Below, piece after piece: positions 40,000 to 51,976 of a stretch of DNA of 64,000 bases. The number at the start of each line of letters is the position of its first letter. Within the stretch, counting starts at the first letter, position 1. The notes under the pieces are model-generated. The model was given only the letters and a program-made list of their open reading frames with translations, did not search any database and was not told where the DNA came from. Source of the stretch: Geosiphon pyriformis uo1 (lineage: Eukaryota; Fungi; Glomeromycota); contig JAAOMT010000504.1 in assembly GCA_016748015.1 (NCBI GenBank), positions 106,781-170,780 on the forward strand, written 5' to 3'. Made by a program: the position numbers and the translations under genes.

Positions 40000-42900
40000 T
40001 TATCTTTTTTTTGTCAAGTTGTTTTTCAAAAATAAACTTTCTGTTTTGATTTTAGAGCTGTATGTTGATGCAACACTGATAGTGTGTTTGTTTTAGACTA
40101 ATGAAATCAACTCCTTAATTACAAAAGCTGTAAACAAATCTTTTTTTATTATCTTAAGTAGTAATTTCAATAAAAATAGTTTCTGTAAGTGTGTTAGTTT
40201 TAAAAAGTGCCTCAGTTTGGGACTAGTCAATTCATTGGTTGAAAGCTTAATTGCAAAAATATCAATGTAGAAAAATTTTAGAAGTATTATGAAAACAATT
40301 AATTATGTGTTTATTTCTTCAAACTTGATTAATATAGTAGTAAATCATGACATTTTAGATGTTGAAAATTATTTCAATACTAATTATCAGGCCATTTCTG
40401 TTTTTGTAGATTTAAGTGGCTTATTAGATGTATGGCTAAATCTTTTGCACAAACAAGCAAATAGAAATTGTTAGAAGTTTAATATTAAAAATGCTAATAA
40501 GATAAAATAAAACATGTTCATGAATGTTATAGCTGCTAATGTAATAATTTTTTTTAATAAGTTTGTTATTTCTAAGAGACTTAAATTTGGATGCAATATG
40601 AGATATTATTCACAAAATAGTGTATCTTTCAGCTAATAAAATATTTAAGAAGAAATAGTTTAAGAACTTTGATAGTGTTTTTACCAAGATTTTTTTTAAA
40701 TTTCATAAATTGAAAATGTTGGTTTCAAGAATTGTTAAGTCTTTATGTAAAAATACTGATGATGAGTTTGGTTTTTTAATAGACTGCTGAGCTTTTTTGG
40801 ACAATAATAAGACTTTAAATATTTAGGCTTTATTGAATTCTGGTACTGGTTTTAAGTGTGTACATTCTGCTTTTTTTAGTATAAAAAAATTATATTATGT
40901 CTGCAAACTGCTGAATCTCTAAAAGCTAAGAAAATAAACATTATGTTTGTTATCAATAAAATAATAGAGAGTTTTATAGTTAATAAGAATTATACTATTA
41001 AAAGTATATTGGAATGCCTTTTTTATAAAGTGGTTTTAGATTATTTAGTTGTAGATAATAAGTTGGTTTTTGATTTAATTGAAGTTAAATCTAAGATTGA
41101 TGTAATAATGAAAGATTAAATAAAGAAAAAATTAGTAATAAATGAGGTTTTTGCTACATGGTATTGTTAATACTTGTCACTGAATTATATTAATAATAAT
41201 GCTTTTTCTGGTATTATAACTGCTATTAATTTCAATAAATTGCAGTGTATGGTAAAAAATCTACTTAACAGAAAGGCCACTGGTTTGTTTAATATTGTTA
41301 ATAAACTTTAAAAACATTATAGCATCTTAGTTTTTATGATGCTTTTGGATCTCTTGAACTCTTGTTTAATATATAAATCTGTGTTTTGCCCATAAAAAGA
41401 AGCTTGGGTGTCAATAATTTCTAAGTCTTATGAGTAGAATAGAGTCTTAATTAATACCAAACCAATTGCCTTAATTGAGACTGCTTGTAAAATTCTCTTT
41501 AAGATACTTTTTGATAGAATTTTATTGGTGTATAATAGATTTGATGTTTTTTGTGGTAACAATTTTTCTGTATTAAGGGGTACTACTATTCAGTTTTCTA
41601 TCTTTGTTGTGAACTCTGTAATTAAAGATGCTTTGGAAAAAGGTTGTAAGTTTTGGCTTGTCTTGTAGGATATGTAAAAAGCCTATGACTCCATTGGATA
41701 ACATTATCTTAGAAATAGTTTAATTTAAATTAAAATGTGTAAGTATTTTGGTAGTATTTACAATAGTAGAATAAACCAAGTTATAACAGATTATGAGCTT
41801 ACTAATGAGTACTACATGCATAATGGTCTGAATCAAAGTGAAATTTTTTTTTTGTTTTGAAGAATCTTTTATAATCCTCTTTTATATAAAGTTAAGAAAC
41901 ATAAAAGCTTTTATAGTTATTGTATTAACATTAAATTTGTTGCCAAAACTGGCAAAATAGAGTTACAAAGTAAATTATTTTCATTTCTAGCAGTTGATGC
42001 TTTTATCAATGACACAATTTGGATGAAAAATAGTTAGACAGCTGTACAATGTATTTTAGATCTTGCTAGTAAATTTTTTAATATTAACAATATTTCAATT
42101 AACAATGAAAAAATGGTGGCTATTTTTATTAACCAGAGAGTTAAGAATGTTTTATTACTGATAAGTAGTTTGCCAATTTTTATTGTATAAAAAAAAAGTT
42201 TCACAGATATTTTGGTATTTTTTTGTCTTCTAAAGACTTATCCAAATTCAGCCTGGCAAAGACTCATTTAAATGTCAAGTTTTTTGCTAATATAGTTTTG
42301 AGGAAGGCTATTTTAAATAAACAATTTCTTTATTTGGTTTTAATAATATTATATCTTATTGTAAGTTATAGAACTCAGTTTTGTTTTGTCTTTAAGAGTA
42401 TATATAATAAGTGGAATACACTAATCAGAAGAGATTTAAGAATGAAGACTGGCTTGTCTAAAGACTTTTCCAATAAAGTCTTTTATTATTTGTCTTTGTA
42501 TAGTCTGAAATTTTTTGAGTAGATGCAAGCTGAAAGTAAGTTGGCTTCAGTATTGTATTTTTCAAATGCTTTTGGTATTTTTGGTTGTTTGTTTAGCCAT
42601 AAATATTTTAATTTACAAGTTTCAAGTTGGTCTTTAGTATATTTTTTACAGTTCTCTGTTAGAATAAGGATCAGTCCAGTTAACAACTTTCTAGCTGGTA
42701 TGATAAAGATTTTTTTGGATTATAATATGTTTCTTAACAACAATATTTCTTCTGTATTTTGGTTTTCAAAAGGCATTTCAATATGTTTTGGGAAAATTAG
42801 CATTCTATAATGTTTTCAGATCACTTAAAAGATTTAGTATTGTTTTTGTTAAATAATTGTATGATAAAAAAAGTTTAATTTTTGATTGAAAAAGTTTTTG

Positions 42901-44506
42901 TTAATGAAAAAAACTCAATTTTAAGGGCCCTGTTTCTGTGTAGTTTAAATTGGCATGTAAGTATTTGGTTAACTTTTTCTGTTGTTTTGTTGTATAGTCT
43001 TTTATTAATAACATCCAATGTTTAAACATTTTTGATTTTAATGGTTTTTTTATAGTATAATAGTGTCTTTTTAAAGCTGATTTAAATATCATCAATGTTT
43101 ACATAAATAAATCTTTAAAAAACTTAAATATATACAAGATAAGATATGATGTGACTGTATTTTTTGGATTTGAATTTGGGCATTGGTGTCAAGATCAATA
43201 GTTTGGTTTCTTTCATGATAGTTGAATTACAGACAATTGCTCTGGTTTTGAAATATGTTCTTGTAGATAATAGCATTGTAGTACATTTGAACAGTCAGGC
43301 TGCTCTAGATGCTTGTAATCTTGAGTTAAGATTGGCTCTATTAGATTTCCACAATTGGTATTGGATAGAAAGGCATAATGTGATAAACTTTATTAAGGAT
43401 AAGAGGCTTAATGTATCTTGGTCTAAGATTAAAAGCCATTCAAAGCTCTCAGGCAATAAGCATGCTAATAAATTGGCTGACTTATCTTTATGCTCGAATT
43501 TAATACTTTCTGTTTTTGTTAAAAAAAGTTATATTAGGGCTGGTAGAGTGAAAGTGTTTGATAATATTTGTTATTTTGTGTATAGTGTCTTTAGGGCTAT
43601 TTATTGAACTTACTGAAAGATAAGATTTGGATTTAATGTTATTGATGCAAATATGATTAAAAATGTGAATTGGATTAGAATTTTTTTGGTGTGGTATTTT
43701 AACTTACATATAGTGTTTGGCTTTACAAGTAAACTTACTGCCAATTTGCACTCATATTTTATGAAGGCTTTGTATTGTTGTTTACTAGTTGCTGTCAGAA
43801 AGCACTTGTATGATAGAACTTATTTCAGTGTATTGTGTCTTTATTGCAGCAAGATGAAACTTCTTAATTACTTATTTATATATATAATAAACTCTGCTAC
43901 TTATACAAAATTGCTTAATTCTCATATAATTTAGTAGGTCTTTATGTTAGAATTGAGTCTGTTTTTATTTTATGTCATGCAATTGCTTTCTATATATGCT
44001 TCTGATTTTGGAATGTATATTGCTTTGTACAAGAGTTTTGTTTTTAAAAATTGTTAATTGAAGACTTTGTCCGTTTTTGGATGTGCTAAAATTGCTGGCA
44101 AAATAATTATTAAATTGGTAAAAAGTTTGGAAATAGTTTATTAAACAGAGATGTGAATAATAAAAGCCAAGTTTAAAGTGATTATAGAAAAAAGGATTTG
44201 ATTGTAGGCAATAATTCAGTACTTTCAGGGATCTATAGGTTTTTATTATTGTTTTCTGTTAAAGTTGTTAAATTATTTAGTATTGTGAAGATGCATAATA
44301 TTGGTTTTGGTTTTTGCAAGTCTTGCAGTTTTTTTTTGGTATTAATTATACAATGTCTATTAGAATAAATCTATAATGTTGCTTTAATTGGCCTAAATAG
44401 TTAGTTATATATAGAAAGTACATAATTTGCACCTAATTTATATTACATAATTTGATGTATTGTATTAAGTAATATTTGGATCTTATTTGTAAAATGTTAA
44501 TAATAA
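40000..44506 (+). mobile_element. LINE-2: ORF2 from mid-endonuclease through RT, RNase H, C-terminal Cys/His motif and 3'UTR
   Basis: KTINYVFIS and NTNY (IDY/TDH), DM-KAYDS, AFINDTIW, RNase H remnants ELQTIALVL, NSQAAL, KIKSHSKLSGNKHANKLA, CLYC motif; stop 44374-44376; 3'UTR matches 48972-49106. Confidence 0.92.
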
Positions 44507-46644
44507 ATTAAATGACAAAATTAATAACTTATTTAGTAAAATAAAACATTATATAAAATATTAATAATAGAAATTTAAAAAAATAATTAAGAATACATAC
44601 ATATTTTAAAAATTAATAAAAATTATTTAAAGCTTGAAAAAAAAAAATATATATATATAAAATAATTAACTGTTTATTATAAAACAAAAAAAAATTGATA
44701 TAATATAAAACTAATACTTTTTTTAATTTATAGAAAACTGTATATATAGCTAAATTACATAAAATCTATATATTATATTAAGACTACTTAAAATATATTA
44801 ATTATTTATATATATTTAATTACTTAATTCAATTGTAAACTTAATTAATATGTTATTTTTTTGGAAGTAAATAATTTAAATAATAAGATTTAAATGGTTA
44901 AATTTAAAATTATAATTATATATTATTAATATTAATTATGTTTATAATCAATATAATTAGACATAGATTAATTAATTAGATTTTTTGATAATTATTTTGG
45001 ATAGTAATTACAGATCTGAAATATTATATTGTATAAATAAGAATATATAAGCATCTTAAAGCATATCAAAATCTGTTGTTATTAAATTATATATAACAAT
45101 TTTTAATTTTTATTGGTGTTTTTAGTTTGCCAAGATTTTTTTGTATTTAATTTAATTAAACAATTAGATTGTAATAAATCTTTTTGTTATTATTAAGCTG
45201 ATTATTGATTTTTTTTTTTATTTGCTAACTAATTTGTTAATTAAATTTGATAATATAGATTTTTTTTACATGATTTTAATAATAATTTTTTTAGTATATT
45301 GTTGTAATTTTTGCATTAAAAATCATGTAAATTTTTGGTAATATTAAAAAACAATTATAATATAATATACTAATAAAAAACTTTTTTTTTGCTAATATTG
45401 TATTTTTAGAATATAATAAAAAAAATACTAATAAATTTATGTTTTTGTAATAACTAAAAAATTATATTAAAATATGTAATATTTTCTTAATATTAAAAAA
45501 TATAAAAAAACTTTTTGTTATTTATCTAAATAATATAAAAAAACAGCTATTTTTTTTACAAAAAATAATGGGGTTTTTTTTATCTGTAACAACAAAAAAA
45601 AATAGTTATTACTTAAATTTATTTTATATATTAAAGTATTATAATAAGATTAAAATATTTAGATATGATGTTTATTGTTTTTTAATTATAAGCAATTATA
45701 TTTATTTTTGTTATTCTATTTATAATACATATTTTTTAATACTTTATTAATTGTATTACACAAAAAAAACCAAATATTCAAGATAATAAAAATAATCAGT
45801 TAAATAAAAATAATCTACTAATTTAATTAATAATTTTTTTGTTAATTTTAAACAAATATTAATTTTATAAAATTATAAAATATTTTTAAAAAGAAAATAA
45901 GAAAACAACCTAATTTTTTATGATCTGAAATCTTAAAAAGTTTTATAATTAAGAAATAAAAAAAAAATTATAGTTTAATATATAAATTAAATTATTTAAT
46001 TGACTAATAAATTATGTATTATTTAAAATTATATAATGTTGATATTTTTATATTTTAATTGATTAATAAAAATCCAAAATTACATGCCATATAAAATCAT
46101 ATAAAACATGAGATTTTGAGTTTTTTTCTTTTTTTCTTTTATAATAACATAATATATATTTGTTTTCTTAGTTAATTTAGTTTTTAATTATAATAATCTA
46201 ATTGTAATTATATAAAAAGTAATTATATTAAGTAAATTTATTTTTGTAAATCCAATATAATTTAATTTTAACTAACTTAATTGGTTAATTATATGTAAAT
46301 AAAGTATAAATTATTTTTAATTTAAAATATTTTAATATTATATTGTATTAAACTATGTTTTATTAAAACATAAAAAAAAATATACTGTTTGTTTTTTTAT
46401 AAAAAATATTGCATTTATGTATTTTAATTAATGTTTTACAATTATTTTATTTATAATAACTTTATAATTATTGTTAATCTTAAATATTTTTAATTGTTAA
46501 ACTAAATTTTACTTTTACCACATTATGCAAAAAAATAGTTTACAAGCAAAAAATTAACACTTAAATCTGTTTATTATTAAATGATTAAAGTAAATTGGCC
46601 ATAACCCTATTATATATGATGTTTTTGAAATATAATGTTTTTTG

Positions 46645-48243
46645 TTATATTTCCAATGTATTTTCAGGCAAGTGATAATCTTTATGAAATTGTTGAACTT
46701 CAGCACCAAACTTTTCTAACCATTTCTCTTCATCAGTTATTTTCCATCTACTCGCATCCTCAACAGATGCAACAAATTGTTTCAGCCCTCCCTCCAATTT
46801 ATCTATTAACTCTAACAACGACATTTTCCTTCCAACCTTGATAATTGCAATGATTTGACACAATTCGATGTAGTCCTGAATAATTGCTTGACATGAATCG
46901 AATCGAAGTTGCAGCATAGTTGCAAGGCCAAAATCAATAAAATAGAAACGTTCATTTCTTCGTATAATGTTCCGAATAGCGACATCCCCATGTGCATAAC
47001 AATTGGAGTGAATCTGTTTCAGACACGACCATAAGTCCAGAATGATTTGAAAAAGTGTGTAATCATTTATATCACCGTTATCGGAAATCCAAGATTCCAG
47101 AGGTTGTCCCACGAAGTCTGTTATTATTGCCTGAAATCCTCCCATTGTATGGCCTTCAAAGAGAATTTTGGGAACACAAGAAAGATTGCTTAATGCATGC
47201 AATGCCGATATTTCTTGATAGATTTGAGAAAATTCAGAGTTTTTGCGGACCTCAATCTTCAATCAAAAAAAATTAGTTGATCGATATGATAAGTTTAATA
47301 TACAGATATGGGAATTAATTTACCTTCAGAACAGCCTCCTTTATTCCATAATCCAGTACTTGTACCAAAAATACTAGACTCTCTTTTCCAGTTCCGAGGT
47401 GGGATATAACTTGTACATGAATATCATTTCCAGAGTCTAATTTGATAATAAAACCTTTTTTGATGAAAGAAGCCAAGAGACTTTCAGGAGTCAATGATAA
47501 TTTAAGAAACATATAAGCCTTATCATTATTTGGAGAATCTTTTTTTTCGCCAGATGCTTTCATCAAGTATTCACCATAATAATGATTGATTAAGCCAGCG
47601 ATAAGTGAAGCCGTTTGAGTATTCCATATATACAGTTGACTTTCTCCCATTGCCAATTTGTTTCGGGCTTCATTTATGGTGACTTTCATAAATTGCCAAT
47701 GGTTTCCGTCAGTTAAACATCCATAGAAGACTGATGTTAAAGGAACATTTGCTGTAAGGTATATACTAGCGTACTTTACTATCTGTCCTTTCCCTGTTTT
47801 TCCTTTTCTCTGATCGATTATATCATTTTTGACTTCCCAACCTAATCCCTTTGATAAATCGGGTGGATTATTCGTCAATTGACTATAGTATTGATTTAAA
47901 CCAATTATGATATCAGGATAAACTTCATCTTCTTTTCTATAACTGGTATCTCCAAGTACAAGTAAGTCTTTCAAACTCAAACATTTTACTGTTTCATCCA
48001 CAACCTTTTTGCAAAATGGCTGGTGTTGCTTTACTTCATCTGATCCTTTAGTAGGAGGAGAAGGTAGTTTTTTAAATGTTTGTTCACCAATCCGTGGTAG
48101 TCTCTGTATCTCATTTTCCATCTTCCACATTTTTACCCAATTATTTTGTCTCATATATCTGTACACAGAGGAGGAATTTTTTGATTTGCCTGTCTCAAGT
48201 TGTAATATCACTGATCGCAGGCCTGCAACTTGGTCTCTAGATT
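46645..48243 (-). CDS. Intact spliced gene: PD-(D/E)xK nuclease-like domain fused to a compact protein kinase (Crinkler-like / FunK1-like); exons ~48243-47324 and 47256-46645; true start uncertain
   Basis: YPDIIIG...WEVK...GQIVKYA...YGCLTDGNHWQF; kinase HLGTGKESLV, EAVLK|IE, QEISAL, HGDVAIRN, IDFG; phase-0 GTAAAT...CTAAT...AG intron 47323-47257 joins the two track ORFs; no stops; CpG retained. Confidence 0.88.
47257..47323 (-). other. 67-nt spliceosomal intron in the kinase gene
   Basis: AAG|GTAAAT...CTAAT...GAAG|ATT; removal joins the kinase beta3 Lys to the alphaC Glu in frame. Confidence 0.88.
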
Positions 48244-48908
48244 CTTGTGAATGAAATAATGATAGTGAGGCACAAGTTAAAAAAATGACAGCGAGAAAAG
48301 CAGTGTAGATGGGATGCAAAATTTAAAATAAAATTAGAGCATTGACATAAGAATATCTAAAAAGAATCATCGATCATAATATCAGAAAACCCTATTACTG
48401 TGTCTACTCTATCCTACGGAGGTAAAAAGGAGAGAACGACGTACCTGAAATATGGACCCAGTTGATGGAATGAAACAGGGCGTACGCGAATAGAGGACAG
48501 CAATAAGTTCACGAGTTAGTCAACATCGAAAACATTCCCATGAACGGATGAATAAACGAGGCAGAAGTGATGCATGGAAAATAAATGCCTACCTTCGTCT
48601 AACAAGATAGGTTTGACAACAGAAAATAAGAGATGAAAAAGAGAAATAACCACTTGTTAGTCAGCTATCGGTCAATAACAGAGACGCATAAACATGAACC
48701 AAAGAACACACGTTGAATGGAAGGAAAAAGCAGTACAGGTAGATATGTGAACACAGTCGTTCAGAAAGTGCATTACACAAAAGAGAGGAGAATAAGACAC
48801 AGACAGCAAAAAAAAGAAACGTCGTTAGTTGTCATAAACTCTACTCTATATACGCTGTCTACTCTAACCTAGTACATACTACTCTACCACCCCAACACCT
48901 AAGCAACA

Positions 48909-48928
48909 NNNNNNNNNNNNNNNNNNNN
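48909..48928. other. Assembly gap (20 N)
   Basis: Run of N. Confidence 1.
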
Positions 48929-48971
48929 TACAATATTAATAATATTAAAAAACTCACTAATTATGTTTAAA

Positions 48972-49147
48972 TTTTTTTTATTAACCCATTTAATGAGTGC
49001 AGTCCAATTGCTATCTAGTACATAGAACCAAACTAAGTGGCTCAAACTAAATGCAGCTCACGCTTTTACTACATGTGGCCAGCCACTCAGATCAGACAAG
49101 ACAACACTACACATCTATATTAACACAAGCATCTCCATCCAAACCAC
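48972..49147 (-). mobile_element. Short 5'-truncated LINE 3' end (last codons of ORF2, 3'UTR, A tail)
   Basis: GLDGDACVNIDV* then a UTR collinear with LINE-2 44377-44503, ending TTAATAAAAAAAA. Confidence 0.8.
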
Positions 49148-49683
49148 ATTTTTTATTATTATAAAATAGACTTTAATATATTATAAATAAAATAATTTTA
49201 AATTAATTATTGTATATTTTAAATATTTAATTTATATGTTATTGTAAAAATTTATGCAATATTAAATTTAAAACAAAAATTTAATTATTTTTAAAACATA
49301 ATGTTTTTAACAATTTTATTATTATTTTTAATAATAATAATAATAATAAAGTTATTAATATTTTTATACTTTTTTATATTTATTTATAAAAAATATATTA
49401 TATTTATAGTAATAATAGTATTTATTTTATTAAAACAATTTTATAATAGTATTATTTTTAATAATAAATTTAAAAAAATTAATAAATTTTATATTATAAG
49501 TATTGTTATCAGTGGAATTTTAGTTATTAATTAGCATAAAATTACTCTTATAATTTCTATTATTAATTAGTATATATTAATATTATTTCAATTATTATTT
49601 ATTATTTAATCAAATTATTAAATATTACTATTTAATTAATAATCTGATTTGTACAATAAAAATTAAGATGAAAATTAAAAAAA

Positions 49684-49841
49684 TTCTCTTTTGTTAATCT
49701 CTTATTCATGATAAAAGCAAAAATTTTTCATAAAAATAGCTTTTTCTTTTTTCTACTTTAGTTATTTCTTTTAATATATCTTCTTTTGTTACAATAAAAC
49801 TGGTGGACTTATCTGCTAGTGGTTTTAATTCTGGCTTAACT
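49684..49841 (+). mobile_element. LINE 5' stub (5'UTR and first ~16 codons of ORF1)
   Basis: Collinear with reverse complement of ~18065-18240; (M)KLVDLSASGFNSGL vs LINE-1 (M)ELVNFSAGGSNSDL. Confidence 0.7.
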
Positions 49842-50684
49842 CATATTAAATGAAGTTGGAACCATTATTGTTATTATTGTTAGAATCTGAATTGAGATTG
49901 AATTTCAATTCTGATTCCACTACACACTTGTTAATTGGCTCTTTTTCTTTAGAAATTGAATAGATTATTTATGGTAATAAATTGTAAATGAGATCACACT
50001 TATTACAATACTTAAAGTCACATAATATTAAACAATAGTCACATAGTCAGGTGTTTAACTCTTCTAACTATTGCTCCTGTTTTTTTTTAGTGAATGCCAA
50101 TTCTTAATAGTGTTTGTAAAATTGTTCTGAATTCATAATGTTGAAGATAATATTGGAATTTGGAATCTAAATAATTTTTTTGAATTCTGGTGAGTTGTTT
50201 TTGATTGTTTTTATTTCTTCTAATATCATGTCTTTGATTTTGGTAATTGTTATTTTCCAGATTTTGTTGTTATTATATGGACAATTATCCAAATATTTTA
50301 TAGCTTTTTGTTAAGCAGCATCTATTGGCATTTTTTTCTTACTCAATTGTTGATTAAAATTATATATTAACATAATTTATTGTATATTTTTCTATAACCA
50401 AGAATGTTGTTTCATATTTTTTTATCTAAGAAAGTTTTTTCACATGCAAAACATGATTTGTTGTTCCATTTTTCTTGTTTTTTTGGTTATTTAAAACATT
50501 CAAAAATGCATAGGCAATAGTAATATTTTGTTACTGTTGGCTATTTCTTATTATTATCATAACATATATCTATTGTTAATAATTTTTTGTCACAATTAAT
50601 ACAAATTAGTTTGAGTTGACAATAGTTTGGTTAATATTGAGTGATAATGATGTATAATATATATATAGAGATAGTTGCTTGAAA

Positions 50685-50834
<150 letters not shown>

Positions 50835-51119
50835 CCCATATAGATACTGGTGATAAGTTGTTATGGTCATTATCTGTCTAGAAGACTTAATAAGCTTCTC
50901 AAGTGGGTTTCTTTTTTTTCTTTTCAAACTTGATCAGTGACTGCTTATTTTTAGTAGTTTTGAAATGTCTACAAGTGGCTAATATCTGAATATTCTAACT
51001 ATTCTGACTCAGTTGTAATTTCTGAATGTTCTAATTGAGTATAATATTGATTTTGAACAATCAGTTATTATTAACTAGAGCTTAGTACTGTATGGCTTTC
51101 ATTATCAACACTTTAATGA

Positions 51120-51976
51120 TGTTATTTATAGAATATAAGAAGTATATTAGCACATAAATTAGCTAATTAGAGGTAGATGTAGTAAAATGTAAAATTCTAG
51201 GATTCCAGAAATTTCAGAATTCTTGTATAAAAAATTGTAAGATTTCAGAATTCCAGAATTCTTCTTAAAAGAATTGCAGAATTTCAGGAATTCCAGGATT
51301 CTTGGTGTGAAAAATTTAAAAATTGAGGAATCTCAATTAAATATATATAGCAGTAGCATTAGAAGTAGAAAAGACAAATCTCTTAGTTTAGATTTTATTT
51401 AAACAATCTTCTAATTCACAAATATTAATAAATAATTATTTACTATTTCAATCTATTTTTCACTATTAACACTTTATGTTAATAGCAACTGATACTTAAA
51501 CACTTTGAAACAATAGCTCTTGATTATGGCTATTGATAAAATACTAATATTTATCATCTTGGCTTATTTTTCTATATTTTTTTTATTTTATTTCTTTTCT
51601 TTTGTTATTTTTTGTTGTTACTAATTGATTAAAGATTAAGTACTGAGTTACTGATGTCACAGATAGCCTAATAAAAGACCCAGAAATAAGGATAACATCA
51701 TATATATATTAATAGATAGCTTATCAGAAGAGCATAACTGCCAGAATAAAACCAGCCACCAAGCTGAAAAAAAAATTGGATGGAATTGTAATTCTGGAAA
51801 GCTACCAAACACTCATAACTAAATCTTTGTCTATTATACAAAAGACTCAACCAAAATCTTCAGACCATAGAAACCTTTAAAGACAAAATTATTAAAGACT
51901 TATATCATTAAATCAATTAAGCACTAAGTTACAAGTTTGTTATTTGATTTGAGACTTCAAATAATCATTTATAACA
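51120..51976 (+). mobile_element. Solo LTR F (U3 type 1) in the protease of E
   Basis: TGTTATTT...TATAACA, perfect ATGA/ATGA TSD (51116-51119, 51977-51980); removal restores IIIFIKVLIMKAIQY. Confidence 0.96.

Noticed and set aside
48244-48319. Signal-peptide-like N-terminus MHPIYTAFLAVIFLTCASLSLF of track ORF 47315..48319
   Set aside because: Starts at TTG, not ATG, and coincides with an AG-free pyrimidine tract after a branch point; more likely intron, so secretion is unsupported
45568-49534. Hydrophobic ORFs 45568..45750 and 49301..49534
   Set aside because: Chance F/I/L/Y/K/N-rich frames in extremely AT-rich DNA
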